From an uncultured delta proteobacterium (lineage in GTDB: Bacteria > Myxococcota > Myxococcia > Myxococcales > Anaeromyxobacteraceae): 64,000 nucleotides of DNA. Below the pieces are notes generated by a model. It saw only the letters and a list, made by a program, of their open reading frames with translations. It did not search any database and was not told the origin of the DNA. A program made the translations under genes and the position numbers. The stretch spans positions 64,001 through 128,000 of the forward strand of contig CAVYBH010000017.1 of NCBI GenBank assembly GCA_963766715.1, read 5' to 3'. This document shows, in pieces, positions 32,334 to 43,119 of this stretch (position 1 is the stretch's first letter; every line of letters starts with the position of its first letter).

Positions 32334-33941
32334 ATGGAGAAGATCTGGGTCAAGGACATCAAGGAAGGCGAGCGGGTCAAGGCGATCTTCGCGGTCGCCC
32401 GGAAGGCCGTTCCCACCGCCAAGAGCGGCAAGAGCTACCTGGCCGCCACGCTGGTGGACCGCACGGGTGAGATCGAGGCCCGCTCGTTCGACCGGGTGGA
32501 GGAGCTGTCGCCGCTCTTCGACGAGAAGGACCTCGTCGAGGTCGAGGGCACCATCGGCACCTTCCAGGGGAAGCCCCAGCTCCGCTTCGAGTCCGTGGCG
32601 CGGGTGGATCCGGCGACCGCCGGCGTCGACGCGACCGACTTCCTCTGGGCTCCTCCGCCCGAGCCCCGCAAGCCCGAGAAGGCCCCCGCCGAGGAGACCC
32701 CGGACGCGAACTGGACCGAGCTGCTCGGCCTCGTCGAGGCGATCACCGACGTCCACGTGAAGGACCTGATCAAGGCCTTCCTGGCGGACGACGAGCTCGT
32801 GGCGCGCCTGCGTCGCGCGCCAGCCGCGAAGAGCGTGCACCACGCCTACGCGGGCGGCCTGCTCGAGCACACGGTGAGCTGCATCAAGCTCTCGCACCGG
32901 ATCGCCGATCAGTACCCCCAGCTCGACCGCGACCTGCTCGTCGCCGGCGCCTTCTTCCACGACCTGGGCAAGATCCGCGAGCTCTCCTACGAGCGGAACG
33001 TCGAGTACACCGACGAGGGGCGCCTGGTCGGCCACCTGGTCATGGCGGCGCAGTGGATCCACGACAAGGCCCGGCGCGTCGGCGTGCCGCGCGAGCTCGA
33101 GCAGCACGTCGTCCACATCGTCCTCTCGCACCACGGCAAGCTCGAGTACGGGTCGCCGAAGACGCCCACCACGCTGGAGGCGCTCGTCACGCACTTCATC
33201 GACGACCTCGACAGCCGGATCAACTCCTGGGTCGGCCTGATGGGGCGCGAGGGCGGCAACCGCCGCTGGACCGACGCGCAGAACATCTACGGCCACCACA
33301 TCTGGCGCGGCACGCTGCCCACGGCGCAGGTCGAGAAGAAGTCTCCGCCGCCCGAGCTGCTGACCCCGGTGATCTACGTCCCGCGCCCGGCGCAGCCGGG
33401 ACAGCCTCCTCGCAAGCCGCAGGAGAAGAAGGCGAAGCCGGCTCGCCCGCCCCGGCCGGAGAGGACCGAGCCGCGTCCGGCCGCCGATGCCGGTGCGCCC
33501 CCCTCCGCTGCGCCCGCGGAGGGCGCCGCTCCCCGGCCCGAGCGCTCGGAGGCCCCGCCCCGCGCGGATCGCCCCCAGCGCCCCGACCGGCCGGCCGACC
33601 GCGGTCCTCGCGGTCCCGGTGGCCACGGTGGACCGGGCGGCCCCGGCGGCCCCGGCAATCGCAAGCCGAGGTACACGGGTCCTCGCCTGCCGGGCGACAG
33701 GGGCCCGAGCGCGCGCCCCGACAAGCCGAAGAGCCTGACCCACAACCCGTTCGCCGCGCTGGCGGCCAAGGTGGAGGCCGGAAGGTCGGAGTCCGCTCCC
33801 GAGGCCCCCGCGGTCGCCGCCGAGCCGGAGAGCGCACCGCCCGCTCCTCCGCCCGAGCCCACCCCGGTCCAGCCGGAGACCCCGGCTCCCGAGCAGGCCC
33901 AGGACGCCTCCGCCCCCCCGAGCGGCGAGCCGAATCCCTGA
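32334..33941 (+). CDS. YhaM-like OB-fold + HD 3'-5' exoribonuclease with long low-complexity tail
   Basis: DRTGEIEAR, HHAYAGGLLEH, HDLGK, SHHG.LEYGSP, DDLDS; Pro/Arg/Gly-rich C-terminus. Confidence 0.88.
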   Translation: MEKIWVKDIKEGERVKAIFAVARKAVPTAKSGKSYLAATLVDRTGEIEARSFDRVEELSPLFDEKDLVEVEGTIGTFQGKPQLRFESVARVDPATAGVDATDFLWAPPPEPRKPEKAPAEETPDANWTELLGLVEAITDVHVKDLIKAFLADDELVARLRRAPAAKSVHHAYAGGLLEHTVSCIKLSHRIADQYPQLDRDLLVAGAFFHDLGKIRELSYERNVEYTDEGRLVGHLVMAAQWIHDKARRVGVPRELEQHVVHIVLSHHGKLEYGSPKTPTTLEALVTHFIDDLDSRINSWVGLMGREGGNRRWTDAQNIYGHHIWRGTLPTAQVEKKSPPPELLTPVIYVPRPAQPGQPPRKPQEKKAKPARPPRPERTEPRPAADAGAPPSAAPAEGAAPRPERSEAPPRADRPQRPDRPADRGPRGPGGHGGPGGPGGPGNRKPRYTGPRLPGDRGPSARPDKPKSLTHNPFAALAAKVEAGRSESAPEAPAVAAEPESAPPAPPPEPTPVQPETPAPEQAQDASAPPSGEPNP

Positions 33942-33944
33942 CCC

Positions 33945-34667
33945 GTGGTCCCGTTCGGCCGCACCGCCGCGATCTTCGACGTCGACGACTCCCTGCTCGA
34001 CGGCAACGCGGGCACGATCTTCTCCTGGTACCTCTACAGCGAGAAGATCATGCTCCCGGAGATCCGGTCCCGCATCCCGAGGCTGGTCTACGAGTTCGCC
34101 CGCCGGCGGCTCACCGAGCGGGACATGGTCGAGCTGGGGTCGCGCTGCCAGGCCGGGCTCTGGGTCGACGACATCCGCGCGCACGCCCAGGACTGCTTCG
34201 AGCGGCACCTCAAGAAGCGCATCACGGCGGGCGCGGTGCGGCAGATCCGCAAGCACCTGCTCTCCGGCCACTACGTGCTCATCGCCTCCGGATCGCCCCA
34301 GTACATCGTGGACGAGGTGGCCCGCCACCTGCGGGTCCACGGGGCGATCGGCACGCGGACGCGAGCGGTCGACGGCAAGGCGACCCCCGACATCCTTCCG
34401 CCCATCGTGTTCCAGGACGGCAAGCGGGAAGCGGTCTCGCGTGCCCTGGAGCAGCAGGGGCTCGAGCTCGGACGCAGCTGGCTCTACTCCGACTCGTCGG
34501 CCGACGTGCCGCTCTTCGAGGCGGTGGGCCACCCCGTCGTGGTGAACCCCAAGGACGCCTTCCGCGCCGTCGCCGAGCAGCGGGGCTGGCCGGTGGTCCG
34601 CTGGAAGGAACGGAACCAGGAGGCCCAGGCCGACCTGGCGAGCGAGTGGTCGAGCTGGAACGGCTGA
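33945..34667 (+). CDS. HAD-IB family hydrolase
   Basis: IFDVDDSL, IASGS, GK, YSDSSADVPL...VNP. Confidence 0.9.
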   Translation: MVPFGRTAAIFDVDDSLLDGNAGTIFSWYLYSEKIMLPEIRSRIPRLVYEFARRRLTERDMVELGSRCQAGLWVDDIRAHAQDCFERHLKKRITAGAVRQIRKHLLSGHYVLIASGSPQYIVDEVARHLRVHGAIGTRTRAVDGKATPDILPPIVFQDGKREAVSRALEQQGLELGRSWLYSDSSADVPLFEAVGHPVVVNPKDAFRAVAEQRGWPVVRWKERNQEAQADLASEWSSWNG

Positions 34668-34682
34668 GCTTCGCGCCGCCCC

Positions 34683-35459
34683 TCACTTCAGGTTGAAGAG
34701 GCGCACCACGTTGGCCGTGGTGGCGGTGGCGACCTCGTCCGGCGTCGCGCCCCACAGCTCGGCCACCCGGGACGCCACGTGGACCACGTGGGCCGGCTCG
34801 TTCCTCTTCCCGCGGAAGGGCACCGGCGCGAGGAAGGGGCTGTCCGTCTCCACGAGCAGCCGGTCGCGCGGGACGCGGCGCACGGCGTCGCGGATGGCCT
34901 CCGCGGTCTTGAAGGTGACGATCCCGGCCACCGAGATGTACAGGCCGAGGTCGAGGTAGGTGCGGGCCGCCGCCCAGTCGCCCGTGAAGCAGTGGATGAC
35001 GCCGCCCGCGCCGGGGAGCCCCTCCTCGCGGAGGATGGCCGCGCAGTCCGGGTCGGCCTCGCGCACGTGGACGACCAGCGGCTTCCCGACGGCCCTCGCG
35101 ATCCGGATCGAGCGCCGGAAGCTCTCCCGCTGCACGTCCCGGGGCGAGAGGTCGTAGTGGTAGTCGAGCCCGGTCTCCCCCACCGCCACCACGGCGGGGT
35201 CGGCGGCCAGGCGCGCGCTCTCCTCCCAGTCGGCCTCCGGGACCCGGGCGCACTCGTGGGGGTGGATGCCCACGGTCGCCGCGAACACCTCCGGACGGGA
35301 CCGGGCGAGCGAGAGCGCGTTGCCGAAATCCCCCGGAGCTCGCCAGAGCCCGACCGCGACGATGCGCCCCACGCCGGCGGCGAGCGCGCGCTCGACCACG
35401 CCATCCACCTCGCCCGGGAAGTCCTCGAGGTCGAGGTGCGCGTGCGAGTCGACGAGCAT
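34683..35459 (-). CDS. tatD: TatD-family hydrolase
   Basis: DSHAHL, GIHPH, GETGLDY, HCFTG, ETDSPFL, RNEPA. Confidence 0.93.
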   Translation of the reverse strand: MLVDSHAHLDLEDFPGEVDGVVERALAAGVGRIVAVGLWRAPGDFGNALSLARSRPEVFAATVGIHPHECARVPEADWEESARLAADPAVVAVGETGLDYHYDLSPRDVQRESFRRSIRIARAVGKPLVVHVREADPDCAAILREEGLPGAGGVIHCFTGDWAAARTYLDLGLYISVAGIVTFKTAEAIRDAVRRVPRDRLLVETDSPFLAPVPFRGKRNEPAHVVHVASRVAELWGATPDEVATATTANVVRLFNLK

Positions 35460-37522
35460 CACTTGACGCGGGTTCCGGGCGGCACGCCGTCGTCGACCAG
35501 GACCACCCGAGGCGGGTCGCCGGCGGCGAGCAGCATGCCCTGGGAGGTGATGCCCCGGAGCGCACGCGGCTCGAGGTTCGCGACCACGACGATGCGGCGG
35601 CCGACCAGGACCTCCGGAGCCGGGTACGAGGCGGCGATCCCGGCCACGATGGTGCGCGGCGCGGGCTCGCCGACGTCGACCTCGATCTGGAGGAGCTTGT
35701 CCGCCTTGGGGACGCGCACGGCCGCGCGGACGAGCGCCACCTTGAGCTCCACCTTGGCGAAGTCGTCGAAGCCGATGATCCCGGGCGCGGCGGCCGGCTT
35801 GGCCGTCACCTTGGAGGCGGTCTCGGCCGGGCTGGCCGCCTGGGAGACCCGCGGGGGCTCGGCCGCCGGCGCGGCGACGAGCTTCGCGACCTGCTTGGCG
35901 TCGAGCCTCGCCACCTGGGGGGGCTTCGCCCGGGCGACGACCGGGGGACCGACGAACGGGTCGAAGTCGGGCGACCAGGCGCCCGGCCGCGACTGGCCGA
36001 ACGCGGCCGCCAGGTCGTCGGCGAAGACCGGCATCACCGGCCAGAGGAGGACGGCGATGGCGCGCAGCGCCCGCGCGCAGGAGAGGAGCAGCCGCTGCGA
36101 CGCCGGGGAGGTCGGCGCCTCCCAGGGCTTGGCCGTCTGGAGCTGCTTGTTGCACAGGTCGGCCACCTGGTTCACGAGCCGCACCACCTCGCGGAACTCG
36201 AGCGCCTGGTAGGCCGCGCGGCCGAGCCGGAGCGCCTCGCGCGCGGCGTTCGCGATCCCCTCGTCGGGCTCCCCGGTCACCTCCCCGCCGGCGCGCTCGA
36301 CGAGCGCGAAGACCCGGGACGCCAGGTTGGCGACGTTGTTGGCCAGGTCGGCGTTGATGCGATTGCGGAACTCGTCGAGGGACAGGTCGAGGTCGGTGAC
36401 GCCCGGACCCAGGTTGGCCGCGTAGTAGTAGCGGAGCAGCTGGGGATCGAGCCCGCTGTCGAGGTAGGTGCGGGCGGTGACGAACGTGCCGCGCGACTTC
36501 GACATCTTCTCGCCGTTCACGGTGAGGTGACCGTGCACGGCCAGGCGGTGGGGGAGCTTCAGGCCCGCGGCGCCCAGCATGGCGGGCCAGAACACGGCGT
36601 GGAACCGGAGGATGTCCTTGCCGATGAAGTGCTCGAGCCCCGTGGGGGACCCCGGAGCCAGGTAGGTCGCCTCGAAGAGCTCCGGCGTGAGCCGCGAGCC
36701 GGCCGGCGCCTCGGCGGCGAAGAAGTGCTCGGCCGACGAGAGATAGCCGATGGGCGCGTCGAGCCAGACGTAGATGAACTTCCCCGGGAACTCGGGATCG
36801 TTCACGGGGAACCCGAAGTACGGCGCGTCCCGCGTGATGCACCAGTCCTGGAGGTCGTCGAGCCAGCCCTTCACCTGCTCGCGGACCGCCGCGTCGAGGT
36901 GACCCTCCCCTTCCACCCAGCTCCGGATGGCCGGCTCGACCTTGCGCAGGTTCACGTAGGCGTGGTCGCTCGCGCGGACCACCGGCGCGGTGCCGCACAG
37001 CGCACAGCGCGGGTCCTTCAGCTCCCGGGGATCGTAGGTGGTCCCGCACTTCTCGCAGACGTCGCCGTACTGGTCCGGGGTGCCGCACTTCGGGCAGGTC
37101 CCCTTCACGAAGCGGTCGGGCAGGAAGCGGGAGTCCTTCTGGCAGAAGAGCTGCTCGACCGACTTCTTGTAGATGAGCCCCTTCTGCTTCAGCGCGTCCC
37201 AGATCCGCCACGCCCACTTCCGGTTCTCCTCGGAGTCGGTCGTGTAGTAGGTGCTGAAGTCGACGCCGAAGCGCTGGAAGTCGGCGTGCTGCTCCTGGCG
37301 GTAGCGCTCGACGAACTCCCGCGGGCTGACGCCGGCCTTGGCCGCGTTCACCTCGATGGGGGTTCCGTGGGAGTCGGCGGCGCACACGTAGGTCACGTCG
37401 TCGCCGAGCGAGCGGCGGTAGCGGACGTAGACGTCGGTCTGGATGTACTCGACGAGGTGGCCCAGGTGGATCGAGCCGTTGGCGTACGGCAGGGCGCTCG
37501 TCACGAGAAGCTTCTGGCTCAA
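35459..37522 (-). CDS. metG: Methionine--tRNA ligase
   Basis: ALPYANGSIHLGH, Zn knuckle, KMSKS, C-terminal tRNA-binding domain; TTG start. Confidence 0.97.
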   Translation of the reverse strand: MSQKLLVTSALPYANGSIHLGHLVEYIQTDVYVRYRRSLGDDVTYVCAADSHGTPIEVNAAKAGVSPREFVERYRQEQHADFQRFGVDFSTYYTTDSEENRKWAWRIWDALKQKGLIYKKSVEQLFCQKDSRFLPDRFVKGTCPKCGTPDQYGDVCEKCGTTYDPRELKDPRCALCGTAPVVRASDHAYVNLRKVEPAIRSWVEGEGHLDAAVREQVKGWLDDLQDWCITRDAPYFGFPVNDPEFPGKFIYVWLDAPIGYLSSAEHFFAAEAPAGSRLTPELFEATYLAPGSPTGLEHFIGKDILRFHAVFWPAMLGAAGLKLPHRLAVHGHLTVNGEKMSKSRGTFVTARTYLDSGLDPQLLRYYYAANLGPGVTDLDLSLDEFRNRINADLANNVANLASRVFALVERAGGEVTGEPDEGIANAAREALRLGRAAYQALEFREVVRLVNQVADLCNKQLQTAKPWEAPTSPASQRLLLSCARALRAIAVLLWPVMPVFADDLAAAFGQSRPGAWSPDFDPFVGPPVVARAKPPQVARLDAKQVAKLVAAPAAEPPRVSQAASPAETASKVTAKPAAAPGIIGFDDFAKVELKVALVRAAVRVPKADKLLQIEVDVGEPAPRTIVAGIAASYPAPEVLVGRRIVVVANLEPRALRGITSQGMLLAAGDPPRVVLVDDGVPPGTRVK

Positions 37523-38892
37523 GCGGTTCTCCTCTCCCGATCCGGGTCGCGGAGCAGCCCGACGAGACATCGCTCGACGAGGACCGCGCCGTCGGATCCG
37601 GTCTTCATGGAATGGTCGGCCTCGGCCAGGGAGGCGAGGCCATCGAGCAGCTCGGCGCGCGTGAACCGCGCGGCCGCCTGGTACTTCATCCAGAGGCCGT
37701 AGGGCTTCCGCTCCCCCAGCTCCTCCGGGTCGATGGTGGGGAGCACGCTGGCGCTCCAGTCGCCGAAGGAGGCGATCCGCTTGCCCCCCGAGGCCAGCCG
37801 GCCGCGCTCCTGCTCGACCAGCATCCGGCGGATCGTCCCGGCGAGCGACCCCACCAGCATGTGGGGACTGGCCCCGTCGGCGAAGCTGCGGCGCAGGACG
37901 CCGAGCGCCCCGGCGAGGTCGCGGGCCTCCACGGCGTTGCCGAGCGCGAAGAACGGGTCGGAGGCGGTGCGCACCACCACCGCGTCCACGTCGGCCGCCC
38001 GGATCTCCTTGCGGTCCCCGACGAAGGCCGCCAGCTTCGCCACCTCGGCGGCCAGCGCGCGGGCGTCCGTGCCGACCAGGGCCGCGAGCCGGTCCTCGGC
38101 GCCGCGGTCCACCGACTTTCCGGTCCCGGCGAGCATCTCCTCGATGAGCGGCCCGAGCACGGGTCGCTGCGCGTCCCAGCTCCCCTCGCTCTTCACCGCG
38201 AGCGTGATGCGGCATCCCGCCGACGCCAGCCGCTTCACCACCGGCAGCCGCCCGTCCACCTTCCCGGCGGCCACCACGAGCACGTACCCGGGAGGCAGGC
38301 CGCGCTCGAGGAGCGCGTCGAGGGCGGCCACGTCGTCCTTCGCCGCCTGGAGGTTCTTCTCCCCCGCGTAGCGCCCGGCGTCGCGCAGGAACGCCCCGTC
38401 CTCCGGGCGGAGGCCGTCGTCGGGCTGGAGCTTCCGCTCCCACTCCTCGATCGGGGGCGGCGACTCGCCGCAGAGGTCGGAGGTGGACCAGCCGAACCGG
38501 GCCGCCAGCGCCACCAGCCTGCGCGCGGCCTCCCGTTGCCGGCCCTCGCGCCACATGTCGCTCGCCCTCGCGAAGGCGCCGGCCAGGTCCTCCTTCGACT
38601 GGAGGAAGGCCGGTTCCGCCACGACGACGACCTTCCCGCCGCCGAAGAGTCCTCCGGTGGCGAGCTCGGCGGCCACCTCGGCCGGGCTGGCCGCCGCGTC
38701 GAGCTCCACCAGGTTGAGCGACCGCTGCGCCTCGGGCACGAGCGCCTCCGCGATGCTCCGGCCCGCCCGCTGGGTGAGGAACGGATCGCCGTCGAGCAGG
38801 TAGACCGGCGACGGCTTCCCCTCCCGGATCGCCGCGAGCGCGCCCTCCAGGTCGAGCGCCGGCTCCTTCTTGCGCGCCGGAGCCCTAGCCAT
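37519..38892 (-). CDS. holA: DNA polymerase III delta subunit
   Basis: PVYLLDGD, EVAKLAAFVG, FALGNAV, AD..MKTG; adjacent to holB. Confidence 0.8.
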   Translation of the reverse strand: MARAPARKKEPALDLEGALAAIREGKPSPVYLLDGDPFLTQRAGRSIAEALVPEAQRSLNLVELDAAASPAEVAAELATGGLFGGGKVVVVAEPAFLQSKEDLAGAFARASDMWREGRQREAARRLVALAARFGWSTSDLCGESPPPIEEWERKLQPDDGLRPEDGAFLRDAGRYAGEKNLQAAKDDVAALDALLERGLPPGYVLVVAAGKVDGRLPVVKRLASAGCRITLAVKSEGSWDAQRPVLGPLIEEMLAGTGKSVDRGAEDRLAALVGTDARALAAEVAKLAAFVGDRKEIRAADVDAVVVRTASDPFFALGNAVEARDLAGALGVLRRSFADGASPHMLVGSLAGTIRRMLVEQERGRLASGGKRIASFGDWSASVLPTIDPEELGERKPYGLWMKYQAAARFTRAELLDGLASLAEADHSMKTGSDGAVLVERCLVGLLRDPDRERRTA

Positions 38893-39907
38893 GGTGGAAC
38901 CACCCGATGAGCATGTGCTCGAGGGCCAGCGGCGCGCTGGCGTTGTGGCGGAGCGCGGCGATGGCCCGCCGGACCGACTCGATCCGGCGCAGCGCCGCCT
39001 CGGGCCCCAGCCTCGCCGCGGCGGCGGTGGCGTCCTCGAGATCGGCGAGCGCGAGCGGCGTGGCCTCCCCACCGGCGGCCCGCACCAGCACGTCCCGGAG
39101 CCACACCAGCAGGAGCTCGCAGAGCTCCCGGGCCTGCTCCCGCTTCTCCCCCCGGCGCTTCGCGAAGGCGATCCAGGCGCGGGCGTCGTCGGGAAGCCCG
39201 GCCGCCTCCTCGACCGCGGCGCGCCGCTCCCCGATGGTCTCGTCGTCGAGCGTGAGCGCCTTCCCCATCGAGCCGGCGGCGAGCGTGGTGGCCAGTCGGG
39301 CGAGGTCCGGCGCGCGACCCGCGGCCACGAGCCTCTCCTCCACCGCGGCGGCGGGCAGCGGTGCGAACGGGAGGCGCAGGCAGCGGGAGCGGACCGTGGG
39401 CAGGAGGCCGTCGGCCGACGAGGAGACGAGCACCAGGGTCGTCTCGGGCGGCGGCTCCTCGAGCGTCTTCAGGAGGGCGTTCTGGGACTGCGGATTCATC
39501 GCGTCGGCCGGGTCGAGGAGGACGAATCGCCGCCGGCCCTCGAAGCGGCGCAGCGAGAGGCGCCGATCGACGAGCTCCCGGATCTGATCGACCACGATGT
39601 CCCGCGACGGCGTGCGCCCGCCCTTGGGCTCCCATCGCCCCGCCCGGGCCATGTCCCGCTCCCGCTCCACCACCAGGACGTCGGGGTGGACGCCCCGGGC
39701 GATCTTGCGGCAGGAGGGGCAGGCGCCGCAGGCGTCGCCGTCGGCGCGCTCGCAGTTGGCGGCCTGGGCGAGGAGCCGGGCCACGGTACCCTTCCCCACC
39801 CCCTCCGGACCGGCGAACAGGTAGGCGTGGTGCAGCGCGCCGCGGCGAAGCGCAGCGCGCAGGGCATCGACGGCCCGTTCCTGGCCGATGATCTCCGCGA
39901 AGGGCAT
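38885..39907 (-). CDS. holB: DNA polymerase III delta' subunit
   Basis: HAYLFAGPEGVGK, CGACPSC, HPD, NALLKTLEEP, LPTVRSRC. Confidence 0.95.
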   Translation of the reverse strand: MPFAEIIGQERAVDALRAALRRGALHHAYLFAGPEGVGKGTVARLLAQAANCERADGDACGACPSCRKIARGVHPDVLVVERERDMARAGRWEPKGGRTPSRDIVVDQIRELVDRRLSLRRFEGRRRFVLLDPADAMNPQSQNALLKTLEEPPPETTLVLVSSSADGLLPTVRSRCLRLPFAPLPAAAVEERLVAAGRAPDLARLATTLAAGSMGKALTLDDETIGERRAAVEEAAGLPDDARAWIAFAKRRGEKREQARELCELLLVWLRDVLVRAAGGEATPLALADLEDATAAAARLGPEAALRRIESVRRAIAALRHNASAPLALEHMLIGWFHHG

Positions 39908-39975
39908 GGGGCGCGGGAAAGATAACACGGAGGCGGCCCCGGCGCGGCCGTCCCGCAGCGCCGGCCGACCGCCCC

Positions 39976-42454
39976 CTACGCCCCCCGGCCGGCCAGCCTC
40001 GCCACCGCCTCCGCCAGTTCCCGGGGGTCGACGGGCTTGGCCAGGAAGGCCTGGAACCCCGCCCCGAGGGCCCGGGCCCGGTCGCCCTCCTGCGTGTAGG
40101 CGGTCAGCGCGGCCGCCGGCACCTGGCCACCCCGGGAGGGGTCGAGGGAGCGGACGCGACGGATGAGCGAGATGCCGTCCTCCCCCGGCATGCCGATGTC
40201 GGAGAGCAGCACGTCCGGCGGCTCGCCCGAGAGGGCCTGGAACGCGTCCGACGCCGACGCGGCGGTGGAGACCCGGGCGCCGGCCTGCTCGAGGAGGTGA
40301 CGGAGCGCCTCGAGCGTGTCCACGTCGTCGTCCACGACCAGCACGTGGACGTCCCGAAGGTCGGCCATGGCCCCCGCACCGGTCGCGGCCCGGGGCCCCG
40401 GGCGCTCGGCGGGGCGGGACTCGTGCCGGGGCGCCTCGATGGGCAGCGGCAGGTCCACGGTGAAGCAGGCTCCCCGGTTCCGGCCCGGGCTGGAGGCGGC
40501 CACGCTCCCGCCGTGGGCCTCGACGAGGTGGCGCACGATGGCGAGCCCGATGCCCAGCCCGCCGTGCGCCCGGGTCGGGCTCGAATCGCCCTGCCGGAAG
40601 CGCTCGAAGACGTGGGGGAGGAACCCGGACTCGATGCCGGGCCCGTCGTCCTCGACCTCCAGCCGGACGCGGTCCGGAAGGCGACGGAGCCGCACCTCGA
40701 CCCGGCCGCCCGGCTGGGTGAACTTGATGGCGTTGGCCAGCAGGTTCCAGGTCACCTGCTGCAGGCGGGACGGGTCGCCGCGCACCGAGCCCGCGCCCTC
40801 CGCCAGGTGGAGCTCGAGGTGGATCCCCTTGGCGGTGGCGGCGGGGCGAACCGTCTCGACCGCGGCCTCCACCGCCGCGGCCAGGTCCATCTCCCGGATG
40901 TCGAGCTTGAGTCGACCCCGGACGATCCGGGCCACGTCGAGGAGGTCGTCGACAATCTGCGCCTGGGTCATCGCGCTCCGCTCGATGGCCTCCATCGCCC
41001 GGGTCGTGGCGGCCTCGTCGAGCCTCCCGGTGCGCAGCAGGCGGGCCCAGCCCAGCACGGCGTTGAGCGGCGTGCGCAGCTCGTGCGAGACGGTGGCGAT
41101 GAACTCGTCCTTGGCCCGGCTGGCCCGCTCCGCCTCGGCGCGGGCCTCCTGCTCCCGGGCGAGCAGCGCGGCGCGCTCCGCCTCCGCACGGCGGGCCTCG
41201 GTCCGGTCCCCGAAGACCAGCGCGACGCCCTGGGGGCTGCCGCCCTCCGCCCGGATGGGCGCGACCAATCCCTCGATCGGGTACTCGACGCCGGACCGGG
41301 CGAGGAGCGTGACGCCGGGCCCCAGCGGCACCGGGCCGCCGCGGGTCATCGCCACCGCGACCGGGTCCGGAATGGGCTGCCGGGACCCGTCCACCGCGCG
41401 GAAGACGTCGTCCAGCAGGCGCCCGGCCGCCTCCGGGCCGGCGCCGGTGAGCTTCTCCGCCACGGCGTTCAGCAGGGTCACCCTGCCGTCCACGTCGGTG
41501 GCGATGACCGCGTCGCCAATCGACGCCAGCGTGGTCCGGAGCCACTCCCGCTGCTTCCGCTCGGTCTCCTGGGCGCGGAGGCGATCCCCCTCCATGTCGC
41601 CCAGCGCGAGCGCGTTCCAGTAGACGACGGCCGCCGCCACCACCACCGCGCTCACCACCACGAAGGACGCGCCGAGGAGCGCCTCGTACTTCCCGGCGCG
41701 CAGTCCGACGACGAGGAAGAGCCACCCCAGCGCGATGGGAACCACGAAGACCGCTCCGATGAGCCGGCGCGCCATGAACCCCGCCAGCCCGGGACCGGTG
41801 AAGACCCTCATCAGGCCGGCCTGCGGGCGGTCGAAGAGCAGCGCGGTGACGAGGAGGAGGAAGGCGATCCCGGCGTAGAACGGCACCCGCGTGTTGGCGG
41901 CCAGCCCTTCCATCGGCTCGACGCCGTAGGCGAATCCGATGATGGCCTGCAGGGGAACGAGCGCGGCGGCCAGGGCCAGGAGCTGGGCGGGCCGGGTGCC
42001 GGCCCGGGTCTCGAAGTCGTGGACGGAGCAGCGCCACCCCGATGAAGAGGAAGGCCAGCGCGCTGTTGGGCGCCATCCGGCCCGGGTGGATCTCGCCCGA
42101 TCCCCCGCGCTCGTGGACCAGGAGCTGGTCAATCCCGAGGTCGATGGCGAGGACGTACTCGACGAGCGTGAAGAAGCCGACCGCCGCCACCACCGCCCCG
42201 GCGATCTTGGCCACCAGGCGCGCCCGGGGGCCGGATCGGCGGGAGGCGAGCGTCCGGGCCGCCAGCCCGGCCGCCAGGAACCCCAGCGCGGAGTTGGCCT
42301 TGACGCTCAGTGACCCGGGAAGGCCCGAGCGCAGGAGCGGCAGGTCGATCGCCCAGCCGATGAGCACCGCGACGCCGAGGAAGGCGGTGGCCTCGGCGGC
42401 CGCGCGGGCCAGCATCTCGAGGTTTCGGGGAAGACGCCGGGAGTCGACGGACAT
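39976..42454 (-). CDS. Membrane-bound hybrid sensor kinase, TM-PAS-HisKA-HATPase-REC (frameshift near 42030)
   Basis: TM helices, SIGDAVIATD, SHELRTPL, NAIKFT, GGLGIGL, SDIGMP. Confidence 0.92.
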
Positions 42455-42600
42455 GGGGGCGGCGAGCGGGAACGCGTCCGGCTCGACGCCATCGTGGCTC
42501 CCTCCCCCCCGGAGCGCAAGCGCAGCGGGCGGGCGCGAGCCACCTGGCTCGCGAGTGGACCCCGGCGGGGCCCGTGCTACCCTTCCGGGCGGAGGACGCC

Positions 42601-43107
42601 ATGAAGATCACCCCCCTCGACATCCAGCAGAAGCGGTTCTCCCGCTCGCTGCGCGGCTACGACCGGGAGGAGGTCGAGGCCTTCCTCTCGCTCGCCTCGG
42701 GCGCCCTCGAGGACCTGATCAAGGAGCTCCACGCGCTGCGGGAGGACGTGCAGCGCAAGGACGACGAGATCGCCGGGCACCGGGGCCGGGAGCGCGCGCT
42801 CCAGGAGACGCTGGTCACGGCCCAGCGCGCCAGCGACGAGATCCGGGAGTCGGCCCGGCGAGAGAGCGAGATCACCATCGGAGAGGCCGAGCTCCAGGCC
42901 GAGAAGATCGTGCAGGGCGCCCACCAGCGCTTCGTGCGGATCGTCGACGACATCCAGGAGGTGAAGCGGCTCCGGATCCAGTTCGAGGCCTCCGTCCGCG
43001 CGCTGGTCGAGGGGCACGCGAAGCTCCTCGACACCTTCCGGGACACGGGAACCGAGGACCCGGTGGAGTTCCTGACCGGGCGGAAGAAGGGCTCCGGCGA
43101 GAGCTGA
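42601..43107 (+). CDS. divIVA: DivIVA-domain protein
   Basis: ITPLDIQQKRF...RGYDREEVEAFL plus coiled coil; GGAGG RBS. Confidence 0.9.
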   Translation: MKITPLDIQQKRFSRSLRGYDREEVEAFLSLASGALEDLIKELHALREDVQRKDDEIAGHRGRERALQETLVTAQRASDEIRESARRESEITIGEAELQAEKIVQGAHQRFVRIVDDIQEVKRLRIQFEASVRALVEGHAKLLDTFRDTGTEDPVEFLTGRKKGSGES

Positions 43108-43119
43108 CCGGGCCGCGGG

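Noticed and set aside
42601..43107. DivIVA in a Gram-negative genome
   Set aside because: Already known in deltaproteobacterial lineages
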